A stretch of DNA of 64,000 nucleotides from Eledone cirrhosa. Lineage: Eukaryota. The position numbers and the translations under genes were made by a program. Positions 1-17,813 of this stretch are shown piece after piece (the stretch's first letter is position 1; the number at the start of each line of letters is the position of its first letter). Below the pieces are notes generated by a model, which saw only the letters and a program-made list of their open reading frames with translations, made no database searches and was not told the DNA's origin. The DNA is taken from positions 23,064,001-23,128,000 of the forward strand of contig OZ024753.1 of NCBI GenBank assembly GCA_964016885.1, in the 5' to 3' direction.

Positions 1-904
1 AGTGATAATATATCGTTACGTTAGAGATGAACAGCGTACGTGCAGGTTTGCTCAACGAGTATAAATTATATTCCGGAGAAATGTAGAAAGGATGAATATA
101 AAATGAAAGTGCTTTTGTTAAAAAAGGAATTTATTAGGTATTGACATATGTTTCTGTAACAGACCGAATACCTATGTATCGCTGCTTGCGTAATCATATA
201 ATGTTAGCAAGTATTCGATAGCAAATGTATAATCAGTTGTCACTTCTTCAGAGATTTTGGATAAACTGGATAAAATCAGAAAAGTTGAAGTATTTATATT
301 AGTAAAAGAGGAAGGAACAGAGGGGATAGAATATGACAGATGGTAAAATAATTTACTGCTAAACAAGTATATAATGGGTTTTTAATGAGAATACCATGAG
401 TAAATCTAAATAAGAATTTTGGGGGTGCCGATTTTAATCTCTACTTGACCAACTGGACAGTGGACAGGGCTGGTCATTTGGTGCAGTAGTATTAATCATA
501 AAGTGTCAATTGGGGAAGGGGGAGATTTCGATTGCTACTAAATAACATCAATGCTAGTGGTCAGCTGGTATTTGCTCTAGGGAATTGAATCAAAAAATCA
601 GAAATCTCATTTTATCTATAGCAGTTTGTATTAAAAGGTAAATAATAGAAGAGTTGATAGAATTAAGACTAATAAAGAATGTTCATATCTATTTTGACAA
701 TCAAACGGGGATAGAGGCAGGCGTTCAATTCTGGTAGTATTTATAATACAACTGATTATACATTTGCTATCGAATACTTGCTAACATTATATGATTACGC
801 AAGCAGCGATACATAGGTATTCGGTCTGTTACAGAAACATATGTCAATACCTAATAAATTCCTTTTTTAACAAAAGCACTTTCATTTTATATTCATCCTT
901 TCTA
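1..904 (-). mobile_element. PLE 3'UTR/pLTR fragment (family P), inverted doublet: arms ~84-240 and ~748-904, tail 1-83
   Basis: Arms are reverse complements; HHR-like motif followed by AATAAA; right arm ends in (TA)n; end region resembles family E. Confidence 0.75.
815..852 (+). ncRNA. Atypical hammerhead-like motif (family P); mirror copy 136-173 (-)
   Basis: Stem I AGGTATT/AATACCT, GAAA, palindromic stem III CATATG, GUC site; CUGANGA/stem II replaced by CGGTCTGTTACA. Confidence 0.55.
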
Positions 905-953
905 AATATATATATATATATATAAATATATATAAATATATATATATATATAA

Positions 954-1021
<68 letters not shown>

Positions 1022-1025
<4 letters not shown>

Positions 1026-1867
1026 CATAACTCATGTCTATAGTATTAATCAGATATTAAAATATATACTATTTCTTCTTCTAATCAGCATAATCAACCA
1101 TATACATAATCAAATCCAGCAAGCTTTAAGAATAAATTTTCTAACGGGGAAATCTCCGACACATAACTGACCGCAGCTAGTTCGCGTTAACTCCGTTCAC
1201 CATTTATCAAACACTTCGGCAGCATGCAGAATCCGATCTAGCAGCATGCTTACCCGCCGTAAGCGACCAATCACACGCTTTCTCTCTGGCTGTTACACAG
1301 CTACATAGCGATCTTAGCCATTTTTTAATCTAAATTTGGCGCGGTCTGTCTGAGAAATTAAATGTCTATTTCTGAGTTTGTCTCCTGAAGATTCCTGACT
1401 CAAAGCATATCCATATTATTTGGATGTCCTAAACTAGGAAGAAACCATGGTAGAGATATAATTACGGTATGTGCGCATTTCTTCTAAGTTTAATTTTACT
1501 ACTAATTACGTGCGGTTGACGGTGTATTTGACCGGATTCTGCATGCTGCCGAAGTGTTTGATAAATGGGGACCGGAGTTAACGCGAACTAGCTGCGGTCA
1601 GTTATTTGTCGGAGATTTCCCCGTTAGAAAATTTATTCTTAAAGCTTGCTAGATTTGATTATGTATATGGTTGATTATGCTGATTAGAAGAAGAAATAGT
1701 ATATATTTTAATATCTGATTAATTCTATAGACATGAGTTATGATATAATGCTCTGATTTTTTTATTTTAATTTATTAATTCTTCATTGAGCTTAAAAGTG
1801 AACAGTTGCAACACATATATATATCCTTGATTTAATTTAATTTAATTTTATGTATGTGATAACCTCT

Positions 1868-1868
<1 letters not shown>
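1022..1868 (+). mobile_element. Non-coding PLE pLTR fragment (family Q), inverted doublet: arms ~1022-1235 and ~1533-1746, tail 1747-1868
   Basis: Inverted arms with a few substitutions; (TA)n on both sides; HHR-like TTGATAA-ATGGGGA...TCCCCGT-TAGAAA at 1552-1640. Confidence 0.65.
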
Positions 1869-2719
<851 letters not shown>

Positions 2720-2720
<1 letters not shown>

Positions 2721-3346
2721 TATTAAAATAACAGATTAAAGTTTAAGCAAAGAATCGCTGCTTTCACCCTTAACGGGATCTTCTGAAACTAACAAAGTCA
2801 ATCTGTAAACGCAGAACTGGATATTTCAAAAAACGTTGCAACCGGAGGAAGACAGGAAGACGATACTTTGGTTCATGGTGACGTTCGCTGGCAAAGAACG
2901 GGAAAAAACGAATAATACGTCATTAATAGGAGCGGTGAAAAACAATTACGTGCAAGTACAGAACTACTTAGAGAACATTAGTCTACGACCTCTTTTATAC
3001 CATAAACGTGGTTCTGTACTTGCACGTAATTGTTTTTCACCGCTCCTATTAATGACGTATTATTCGTTTTTTCCCGTTCTTTGCCAGCGAACGTCACCAT
3101 GAACCAAAGTATCGTCTTCCTGTCTTCCTCCGGTTGCAACGTTTTTTGAAATATCCAGTTCTGCGTATACAGATTGACTTTGTTAGTTTCAGAAGATCCC
3201 GTTAAGGGTGAAAGCAGCGATTCTTTGCTTAAACTTTAATCTGTTATTTTAATAAATATTTGCTCTTCGGTTCTTATATATTTGATATATATTTTCCTTA
3301 TCGAGCCCTCTCTGGATTTTAGTCTTCAATTTTATTATTATTACTA
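2720..3346 (+). mobile_element. Non-coding PLE pLTR fragment (family B), inverted doublet (2720-2962 / 3016-3258) plus tail; mirror copy 7759-8388
   Basis: Inverted arms; degenerate HHR-like CAGAAGA-TCCC-GTTAA-GGGT-GAAA (~3190-3213), AATAAA, GCTC...TCGAGC tail. Confidence 0.65.
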
Positions 3347-3348
3347 TT

Positions 3349-3397
<49 letters not shown>

Positions 3398-3432
3398 ATT
3401 TATATATATATATATATTTATATATATTTATA

Positions 3433-3485
<53 letters not shown>

Positions 3486-4934
3486 ATATATACGATATTA
3501 AATAAATGGAAACTATATTTATAAAACCATATTTATTTCATTATATATATTTCAGGGATATCATATTAACAATATGTTATGCCTTCCTCAGACAAAATAC
3601 AATATAGACAGTTTTATAGATAAATAGATTTGACATACCGTTCAACATCGACTTGTATTTGAGAAAGTTGATTTGGCAGTGAAAAATTGTAAACAGAAAG
3701 AAAGAAAGAGAGAAAGAAGGAAAGAAAGAAAGAAAATGAAGAAAAAGAAGAAAAAGAAGAAATGCATGTAACAAAATAGAGAGATGGAAAGATAGATAAA
3801 GAGAAGAACTTCATGTAAAGAAACAGAGAGAGATATATATAGAGAGAGAGGAAATAGATAGAGATAGATATATATAGAGAAAAGTAGGTAGTTGGAACGT
3901 ATCAATGATACATTTATTTATTTATTTATTTATTTAGCTCTAGTATTAATGTAAGGGAGATATATGTGGTTAGGGAAGAAACCAGCCGTTATATATAGAG
4001 AAAAATGAAAAGTAACCAGACATAGGCGAGGCATAATTTAAAAACCCTATGTTTTAATGTAGAAGTATTAGTACGTATAAAAACCAGGCGCTATAATGTA
4101 AATATCAGTATTCCTGAATGAGACACGTATCCATAATGTGTGAAAAGTAATGATCTTATGTTTAGTTTTAAAAATTCATATGTTTATATGATAACTACAA
4201 ACATCGATGTGAATTTACGTGATCAATTCTGCAAATCCTTATTTCACACGGAGAACATTCTCATTGTGCTATAAAAATTTAAGTATACATATATGTGTAT
4301 ATATATAGACATATATATAGAGTCTATATTAATTTTAACAATACTATTCTTGTCTTTACTCTACATGATTATCTATCAAGCAGAAATAGAGAACAGATTT
4401 CAATATATTAATAAAAAAATATCAGAAACAAAAAATAATAATGATAATAATAATAATAAATAATAATAAATTAGAAAACTAAAAAATAAAAAATATTACA
4501 AGAAAATATTACATATTAAAAATAAAAATATTAGAAAATATTACAATAATAAAAATAAACCACAAAGATCAACCCTTCAAAATTAATTGACAATATATTG
4601 CCAAGTTCATTATAAGCATCAGAGTCGAAAACAGATAAAGCTAAAAATTATTTATCAAATCGCGTCTAGCAAAAATCATTTCAAAAAGTTTAGAATGCCC
4701 ATTTGGTCTACATGTGTTCTTATATTTATTCTTATATTTATGTTCTTATATTTAATATAGAAGTTTATCTAGTGTAACGTTTATTCGAAATATTTGGAGC
4801 ATCAACTTTTAGGGTAGTTTAATTTTTCATGAAGAATGTTTAAATAAAAATAAAAATAAAAAGAAGAATAAAAAGAAGAAATCGAAAGATTTATCGGCTA
4901 GTTTCCCAAATAATTATAAAACAAACTAAATATA

Positions 4935-6685
4935 CTACATTTTAAATTTAAATTTATATTTAAAAGTTGAGTTTAATCTATGTTTGCAGCAACTGAATAA
5001 ATGTGTCCGTAGATTAAGGGAATTTTTAGATTTTAGTATAAAGAATATCTCCTCTGCGCAGAGGTCACATGTCTCAGAGGTTGAATTAAAAGGAATCCCT
5101 CTTGAGACTATATTCCAAGCCGTCGAATATCTAACGTTATCTAGCTTAAGTTGCCAGAGTACGCCTGATAGTGCTGTTGAAGATTTTTTGCTTGGATCTG
5201 TGAAAGAAATCTTGTGGTTATTATAGCGAAGTTTAAATTCCGTCGATGTGGAACCGACGTAGTTAAAAGAATTAGAGTCAGTTTTAACATTACAATTGTA
5301 TATTATATTTTTAACTAAGCAGTTGTTATTTAACGGACATTTAGATCTATCTCTACAGTTACATTTGTTAACTTGTATATTATTTATGCTATTATCACTA
5401 GGTTTTAAGTTCCTATTATTTATTCTATTAATATTTTGTGCTAAATTTTTGGTGGATGAGCAGGTTAATTTTATAGTATGTCTATTGAAAATTGAGTGAT
5501 ACCTATGTGTTCTAGGGAAGCGATTATCAAAAGCTTTAAAAAATAGTTTAACGATGTGGGTTTTAATGTTTAGTGAGAAAGGGGGGGCAAACCAAATTAT
5601 GTTCCTAGTTCTATTTCTTTTTTGGCTTTTGGAATTATTGTAATGCTTTCTATTATATTTGTTAAGGTTGTTGCCGTAATTAAAATAGTTGTTATTTTGT
5701 TTAGTTTGTCTATCATTATCTATGTACATAATCTTATCACTATATCATGCTCTAGCTAACGCTTCATTGTAGTACTGGGCTTTTTCGTCGAAAATCTTTC
5801 TATTAGACGAGATTCTAGAGATACGTTTTTGAACAGAGTTTACTATAGTGTTTTTGACAGATCTGGGGTGGTTAGAGTTAAAGCTGACATAGTTTAAGTT
5901 TTCATTCAACTTGTGAAAAGGATAGTGAAGACATGTGTTGAGATGTAATGTTATATCTAGGAAATTGACTATTCTATGGTTGTTCTCAATTTCTATTTTT
6001 AGATTAAAGTAATTAAAAAATTGTGTAATTTGTTTTCTTTTTCTATTTAGTTCAGAGTTATTATTATCAATAAGTAAAAGCATGTCATCTCTATATAAAC
6101 CTCCGGTAGTACCAGGTATTTTCCTACGTAGCGAATTGATTAAAAATAAGCCCACAAGGTCAGTTACCTGAGCTGAGTCGGATGATCCCATAGTAATGTC
6201 AAAATTGCTATCTCTATCTGCTCTGGTCCATAGTTGGTCATTAAATTCTATCAATGTTTTCCTAGCCGATAATATAATGTGCATTTCATTGCTAGTTAGG
6301 TCTGTATGTTTGAATGCGTAATTTAGTGCCTTATTTAGTAGATTAGGGATAATAGAAGAAGAATAGTTAGCAATATCAAGTTACTCTTTTACTCTTTTAC
6401 CTGTTTCAGCCATCCGGCTGAGGCCATGCTGAGGCACCGCCCTTGAGTTGAATAAACTTATTATTATTGTTATATTTAATTTGCTTAAACACATGAACAA
6501 CCTCTCCAGTTCCCTTCCACAAGCTCAGGTTAGGTAAACAATCCAAGTTCTTAATTTGCTGTATCACCCTGTCAAGAATGTTTTTGCTTAATTTGCCCAG
6601 GTCCGATTTTGATGGTGCGATCAATCTAACTGGCAAATCATTTTCAAAATTCCTTTGTGATCTTTCATATTGATCTTCGGTTTCT
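4935..6685 (-). pseudogene. Disrupted PLE RT + GIY-YIG endonuclease ORF (family A)
   Basis: MGSSDSAQVTDLVG, GLYRDD, VNFLDITL, SNHP, CNCRDRSKCPL (CxCx5C), IIY..YVGST, CDLC; in-frame TGA at 5745-5747 and SINE-tail insertion at 6381. Confidence 0.93.
6381..6446 (-). mobile_element. 5'-truncated SINE/LINE 3'-tail insertion interrupting the RT (FIQL/DIANY)
   Basis: GC-rich GGCCATGCTGAGGCACCGCC plus (TTACTCTT)2 tail and possible AGTT duplication; from memory resembles a common octopus SINE 3' end. Confidence 0.65.
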
Positions 6686-7519
6686 TATATTTTTTTTATT
6701 AATATATTGAAATCTGTTCTCTATTTCTGCTTGATAGATAATCATGTAGAGTAAAGACAAGAATAGTATTGTTAAAATTAATATAGACTCTATATATATG
6801 TGTATATATATACACATATATGTATACTTAAATTTTTATAGCACAATGAGAATGTTCTCCGTGTGAAATAGGGATTTGCAGAATTGATCACGTAAATTCA
6901 CATCGATGTTTGTAGTTATCATATAAACATATGAATTTTTAAAACTAAACATAAGATCATTACTTTTCACACATTATGGATACGTGTCTCATTCAGGAAT
7001 ACTGATATTTACATTATAGCGCCTGGTTTTTATACGTACTAATACTTCTACATTAAAACATAGGGTTTTTAAATTATGCCTCGCCTATGTCTGGTTACTT
7101 TTCATTTTTCTCTCTATATAACGGCTGGTTTCTTCCCTAACCACATATATCTCCCTTACATTAATACTAGAGCTAAAAAAATAAATAAATAAATAAATAA
7201 ATAAATGTATCATTGATACGTTCCAACTACCTACTTTTCTCTATATATATCTATCTCTATCTATTTCCTCTCTCTCTATATATATCTCTCTCTGTTTCTT
7301 TACATGAAGTTCTTCTCTTTATCTATCTTTCCATCTCTCTATTTTGTTACATGCATTTCTTCTTTTTCTTCTTTTTCTTCATTTTCTTTCTTTCTTTCCT
7401 TCTTTCTCTCTTTCTTTCTTTCTGTTTACAATTTTTCACTGCCAAATCAACTTTCTCAAATACAAGTCGATGTTGAACGGTATGTCAAATCTATTTATCT
7501 ATAAAACTGTCTATATTGT

Positions 7520-7583
7520 ATTTTGTCTGAGGAAGGCATAACATATTGTTAATATGATATCCCTGAAATATATATAATGAAAT
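7520..7583 (+). ncRNA. Type I hammerhead ribozyme, family A (other copies ~3535, 16495, 17278, 19240, 21990, 25448, 40879, 55918)
   Basis: ATTTTGT-CTGAGGA-AGG..CCT-GAAA-TATATA-TA-ATGAAAT; some copies have ACGAAAT (G-U to G-C in stem I). Confidence 0.8.
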
Positions 7584-7630
7584 AAATATGGTTTTATAAA
7601 TATAGTTTCCATTTATTTAATATCGTATAT

Positions 7631-7669
<39 letters not shown>

Positions 7670-7708
7670 AATATATAAATATATATAAATATATATATAT
7701 ATATAAAT

Positions 7709-7757
<49 letters not shown>

Positions 7758-8402
7758 AATAGTAATAATAATAAAATTGAAGACTAAAATCCAGAGAGGG
7801 CTCGATAAGGAAAATATATATCAAATATATAAGAACCGAAGAGCAAATATTTATTAAAATAACAGATTAAAGTTTAAGCAAAGAATCGCTGCTTTCACCC
7901 TTAACGGGATCTTCTGAAACTAACAAAGTCAATCTGTAAACGCAGAACTGGATATTTCAAAAAACGTTGCAACCGGAGGAAGACAGGAAGACGATACTTT
8001 GGTTCATGGTGACGTTCGCTGGCAAAGAACGGGAAAAAACGAATAATACGTCATTAAAAGGAGCGGTGAAAAACAATTACGTGCAAGTACAGAACCACGT
8101 TTATGGTATAAAAGAGGTCGTAGACTAATGTTCTCTAAGTAGTTCTGTACTTGCACGTAATTGTTTTTCACCGCTCCTATTAATGACGTATTATTCGTTT
8201 TTTCCCGTTCTTTGCCAGCGAACGTCACCATGAACCAAAGTATCGTCTTCCTGTCTTCCTCCGGTTGCAACGTTTTTTGAAATATCCAGTTCTGCGTTTA
8301 CAGATTGACTTTGTTAGTTTCAGAAGATCCCGTTAAGGGTGAAAGCAGCGATTCTTTGCTTAAACTTTAATCTGTTATTTTAATAAATATATATATAAAT
8401 AT

Positions 8403-8439
<37 letters not shown>

Positions 8440-8440
8440 A

Positions 8441-8471
<31 letters not shown>

Positions 8472-8594
8472 AATATATATATAAATATAAATATATATAT
8501 ATATAAATATAAATATATAAATATATATATATATATATAAATATATATATACATATAAATATAAATATATATATATATAAATATAAATATATAA

Positions 8595-8675
<81 letters not shown>

Positions 8676-9135
8676 TATTATTATTATGTAATAAACAACA
8701 TAAGACAATTATTCCATTTACCAGTGGTTTCTTAAAAGCAAAATGTTTTGCTTTCAACCCTCAGAATGAAAAATCCTGGTTTGTTTATTGAATATGGATT
8801 CTAAAAACAAAAATGCAATCTATATGAAAGTGAGGCTGGAAAAGGGAGAAGGAAAGGAAAAATAAAATAAAACTACACATGCAAACACACACAAAAAAAC
8901 ACAAAAGCATACTTACACACACATACATATATACATATAATTAAATGTACGCATACATATATACATATACACATATATATATATAAAACGTACCCCTACA
9001 CACACATACACATATATACACACATATACACATACATACATTCATACATACACACACACACACATATATACACACCCAGACACACACACATACACACACA
9101 CATATATATACATGTACATATATATATACATATAC

Positions 9136-9194
<59 letters not shown>

Positions 9195-9602
9195 TACACA
9201 CACACACATGTGTGTGTACAAGCATACACATACACAAACATAGCCATACACACACACATATATATACACATACATACATTCACACAAACATACAACGTAC
9301 ATACATACACATACATGAATGCATTCCTCTACATATTCACACACGCAAATAAATATAAGAAAAAAATATATAAATATATATTAAAAAATTTTTGACAGCG
9401 ATACATGCCCCAGCTAACAGGACAGACACGCGTGGTAAGTAATACACACAAAAGCACATATACGTACGTACGAAATAGTAAACACATACACACACTCTCA
9501 CACATAAATATACATATACAAATACATAAACACGTACATACACATACATACACAAACACGCACACGTATATGATATAAACACACACATGTATATGTAATT
9601 AT

Positions 9603-9657
<55 letters not shown>

Positions 9658-9986
9658 TATTGAGATTTCCGTTGGAAACAGAAAAGGTCGTAGAAATGAA
9701 GAGTGCTCTATGTAAGTATCAGAGCAAAATTATATACATACACACACACATATACATGTGTGTATGTGTAAAGCTCAGTATTAGATAAGACAAATGAACC
9801 TTACATAAACGTATATATAGTAGTAAAGTAATAAAGCAACACAAGGCAATTAATCCATTCACCAGAGGTTTCTTAAAAGCAAAAAAGTTTCCTTCAATCT
9901 TCAGAATGAAAAAAAAGCCTGGTTTATCCACATATACATACATATACACACACAAATATACAATTATATACACACATACACACACG

Positions 9987-10030
<44 letters not shown>

Positions 10031-10036
10031 AATATA

Positions 10037-10084
<48 letters not shown>

Positions 10085-10285
10085 TATATACACACAAAAA
10101 TACATACACATACACATAGGTATGTGAAGGGCAAAACAAAAAGAATATATGGGGGGGGGGCATAAGAGAAGGTAAAATATAAGGGGAAGTAAGGGAGAAC
10201 AAATTTTTTTTTAAATATACAAGAGTACATAAGGTAGAGTCAGCAAAATAAAAACCGTAGCAAAAGTAAAGAGCAGAGAAGGAGT

Positions 10286-12423
10286 TCAAGGCGGTTGATT
10301 TCTCATAGGAGTGTCAATCCAGTTACAGATCAGATGCGATTTCAGATGAGGACAGCATCTGAAGATCTCAGTCTTTGAGTTAAGGCAAGCGGAAGTGGCT
10401 CTCAAGTTTAGCAAAATCCTATACTTTTCTGTGGTGCACAAAGAACAATTCTTTGTGCCCCTTTGGTACTCCTTCGAATGGTCTAATATAGACAAATCAA
10501 TAGAGTACGGGATATTACTATCCTTGAGATCCCATACCTTACTTGCGAGGGCCGTTGATGTTCGTTTATCAGAGTGCTTAAAAGAAGCGACATGTGAGTA
10601 AAATCTGGTTTTAAACCTGTCCTGGGTCATACCGACATATCGCTCACTCCTGGCTGGCTGGTTGTTGATAACTGGCGTTATCTTAGCCTCATAAACGACA
10701 GATTTTGTGTTACATTTACCCTGCAATGGGCATTCATCCGGCTTCCTGCAACTGCATCCTGGATTTATCCTCGTACGGTTTGAACTGGTGATTTTGGACT
10801 TCATGGATGGGCAACAAGAGTAGCTGATCTTAACTACATTCCTATTAAAAATCTTATAATATCTATGAATAGGAGGAAAATGTTTGTCTAATAGTTCAAG
10901 GAATTTCCTTCCTACATTAGTTTTGACAGTTAGAGAGAAGGGGGGGGGGGGTGTGAACCAAATCATCTTCCTTTTCCTGTTATTATGTTTAGTTTTAGGG
11001 GGGGAGTAGGTAAATAAGAAATTTTTTCCGTCTAACCGCTGTTCTTAAGGGCTTTATTATAATAAGGGGCGGCTTTATTAAAAATGTCTATAGACGAAGA
11101 TAAGGTAGAAATCCTACGGCTAATGTTAGGAATAAGATTATTAAAAACTATAGGGGGATGGCAAGACTCTTTGTGTATATACCTAAGATTTTCATTAGGT
11201 TTATGATAGGGTTTAAAAGAGGCAGTAAGCAGATCAAGATTAATATCAAGAAAGTTAGCATTAGTAAGGTTCGTATCTATAGTAATTTTAAGGTTAAGAT
11301 TAGCAAAAGTATTAATTAAATCTTTACGGAATTTATCAAGATTATGGCCGTTGGTGGTATGAGAAACTGCTAATCCGTCATCACGGTATAAACCGATATT
11401 ATGGGACGGAAATTTCTCTTTGAGTGTGTGGAGAAGGAATAATCCTACTAAGTCACACACATCCGCACTGTCATATGAACCCATTGCAACATCAAAAGAG
11501 CTTTCAGGATTTGACTTTTTAACCCAAATATTATCATTAGTAAAAAGTAAAGTTTTTCTAGCATGAAAGATAATGTCCTCTTCTAATTTAGAGATATTAA
11601 TGAAGGGTCTTGCAAAATCTAAGGCATTGGTTAATAAGGAAACAGTAATAGAAGGGTAAAAATCGACAATATCAAATTGGGTAAATCTACACTTATTTTT
11701 ACCTTGTATATTATTGAACCAAGAAATAACAGAGGAAGTATTTAGCCACTGTGAAAGGTCAGTGTTAGTTCTAATTTGGAGAATTATTTTTCTTAAGATT
11801 TTCTTACTAGCAAGGCCAACCTCGGATTTAGCCGGGTTAATCAGTCTACAACTAGGTCGATTAGTAAAGTCCAATTTATGGTCTTTAAGGGTAATATATA
11901 CTTTACGCTTAGCTAAGCTTTCAATCCGGTTATCTATTTGTAAAGAACTAGCTAGTTATTTAGCTTCTTTATTGATAGTATTGTAGCTATTATTATTAGT
12001 TAATTGATATTTATTTGTAATACTGTTAGTTAAAAGTTGGTTATACAAATTACTATTAACTTCAAAGAGGTTTTTGGTTTTATCAGAAAGAACGAAAGTG
12101 TTTGTAGAATTTCTAAAATTAGAGATATCGTTAGAAAGTTTAGTTTGAAAGTTATTATTGTACTTACGAAATTTGATATCACTAATTAGATTAACGAGGT
12201 CTAATTCGAAGTTGGCCATGTCTTTAATTCTAGGTGGATATTTACGGGATTTAATGTCAAAATAATCTTTAGTATCAGCACTGAATAGTCCATCGTAAAC
12301 CATTGCCTTCCATCTCATTCTTTTAACAACTTGTTCGATTTTATCAATGAGGATTTTGGTGTAAGTTGTGTTGGGAGGAGTGGGTATATTTTTGATAGAA
12401 TAATCCAAATCATAAAGGTCCAT
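10286..12423 (-). pseudogene. Full-length but disrupted PLE RT + GIY-YIG ORF (family C)
   Basis: YSIKNIP, RMRWKA, LKDHK, QFDIVDFYPSI, MGSYD, GLYRDDGL, CSCRKPDECPL, YVGMT, CSLC; stops at ~11956 and ~11032, frameshift near 11020. Confidence 0.95.
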
Positions 12424-12642
12424 GGTGTATGTTGGTTAAATTCCTGAAAACTGTAGAGTGCTCAACTAATCGGGCTGGAAAGTGCCAATCGTATATGTAA
12501 TATAGAATATGCTGCGATCAATCCCGGTTGGAGCTGTATAAATGAAGTAATTCCATCGGAAAAGTCCAGGAAAAAAGAGTGCTCTATGTAGGCAACAGAG
12601 CTTAATTATTATTATTATGTAATAAACAACATAAGGCAATTA

Positions 12643-12701
12643 TTCCATTTACCAGTGGTTTCTTAAAAGCAAAAGGTTTTGCTTTCAATCCTCAGAATGA
12701 A
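12643..12701 (-). ncRNA. Type I hammerhead ribozyme, family C (also 8712-8770; paralogue with GUG site at 9854-9910 and 14153-14209)
   Basis: TTCATT-CTGAGGA-TTGAAAGCAAAA/TTTTGCTTTTAA-GAAA-CCACTGG-TA-AATGGA. Confidence 0.85.
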
Positions 12702-12984
12702 AAATCCTGGTTTGTTTATTGAATATGGATTCTAAAAACAAAAATGCAATCTATATGAAAGTGAGGCTGGAAAAGGGAGAAGGAAAGGAAAAATAAAATA
12801 AAACTACACATGCAAACACACACACAAAAAAACACAAAAGCATACTTACACACACATACATATATACATATATATAAATGTACGCATACATATGTACATA
12901 TACACATATATATATATATAAAACGTACACCTACACACACATACACATATATACACACATATACACATACATACATTCATACAT

Positions 12985-13021
<37 letters not shown>

Positions 13022-13657
13022 CATACACACACACATATATATACATGTACATATATATATACATATACATATTTATTTCCTTACCTTATAAAATTATGTT
13101 TTTTCACAAAAAAGTATTCTGTCTCTTATATATTCCATGTGCCATTACCAACCTCAATTTTCTCTATAAACTTCGTTTTGTGTAGAAAATTACACTTTTC
13201 ATATATGTATATATATACACATATACACACATACACACACACACATGTGTGTGTACAAGCATACACATACACAAACATAGCCATACACACACACATATAT
13301 ATACACATACATACATTCACACAAACATACAACGTACATACATACACATACATGAATGCACTCCTCTACATATTCACACACGCAAATAAATATAAGAAAA
13401 AAATATATAAATATATATTAAAAAGTTTTTGACAGCGATACATGCCCCAGCTAACAGGACAGACACGCGTGGTAAGTAATACACACAAAAGCACATACAC
13501 ATACATACGAAATAGTAAACACATACACACACTCTCACACATAAATATACATATACAAATACATAAACACGTACATACACATACATACACAAACACGCAC
13601 ACGTATATAATATAAACACACACATGTATATGTAATTATATACACACACACACACAC

Positions 13658-13688
<31 letters not shown>

Positions 13689-13821
13689 CATACAAAAATA
13701 TAAAAATATAAGCGCACACACACACACACACATATAAATACGTAAACACACATATACACACATAGCTAAACAATTATACACATGCAAATACGTATATATC
13801 AAAAGCACGCACAACCAAATA

Positions 13822-13937
<116 letters not shown>

Positions 13938-14285
13938 AATATAAATAAATACACACGCACACATATACAGATATATATACACACATATATATATATATAT
14001 ATACACACATACACGTACACATACACACATGCATACACATACACACACATATACATGTGTGTATGTGTAAAGCTCAGTATTAGATAAGACAAATGAACCT
14101 TACATAAACGTATATATAGTAGTAAAGTAATAAAGCAACACAAGGCAATTAATCCATTCACCAGAGGTTTCTTAAAAGCAAAAAAGTTTCCTTCAATCTT
14201 CAGAATGAAAAAAAAGCCTGGTTTATCCACATATACATACATATACACACACAAATATACAATTATATACACACATACACACACG

Positions 14286-14353
<68 letters not shown>

Positions 14354-14359
14354 AATATA

Positions 14360-14397
<38 letters not shown>

Positions 14398-14612
14398 CAT
14401 ATATATACACACAAAAATACATACACATACACATAGGTATGTGAAGGGCAAAACAAAAAGAATATATGGGGGGAGGGGGCCATAAGAGAAGGTAAAATAT
14501 AAGGGGAAGTAAGGGAGAAAAAAAATTTTCAAAGGCCCTCGCAAGTAAGGTATGGGATCTCAAGGATAGTAATATCCCGTACTCTATTGATTGGTCTATA
14601 TTAGACCATTCG

Positions 14613-17444
<2,832 letters not shown>

Positions 17445-17481
17445 AATATAAATAAATATATATAATATATATATATATATA

Positions 17482-17524
<43 letters not shown>

Positions 17525-17551
17525 TATGTATATTTATAAATATATATATAT

Positions 17552-17667
<116 letters not shown>

Positions 17668-17731
17668 GTAGATAAATCTACCAAGAGTTTACGGTAGTGT
17701 CCAATCCGTATGAAGAACTCTCCCAAAGTAT

Positions 17732-17813
<82 letters not shown>

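Larger units (their letters stand above)
3492..7626 (-). mobile_element. 5'-truncated Hydra-type PLE, family A copy 1, with inverted 3'UTR copy (6688-7626)
   Basis: RT/GIY-YIG ORF remnants; ~1.4 kb 3'UTR with HHR; 6688-7626 is the reverse complement of 3492-4422. Confidence 0.92.

Noticed and set aside
5745-5747. In-frame TGA as selenocysteine (as in Naiad PLEs)
   Set aside because: Aligns to the conserved Gly of AL..SGY (GGA>TGA), not a Cys; other copies are broken by TAA/TAG and frameshifts
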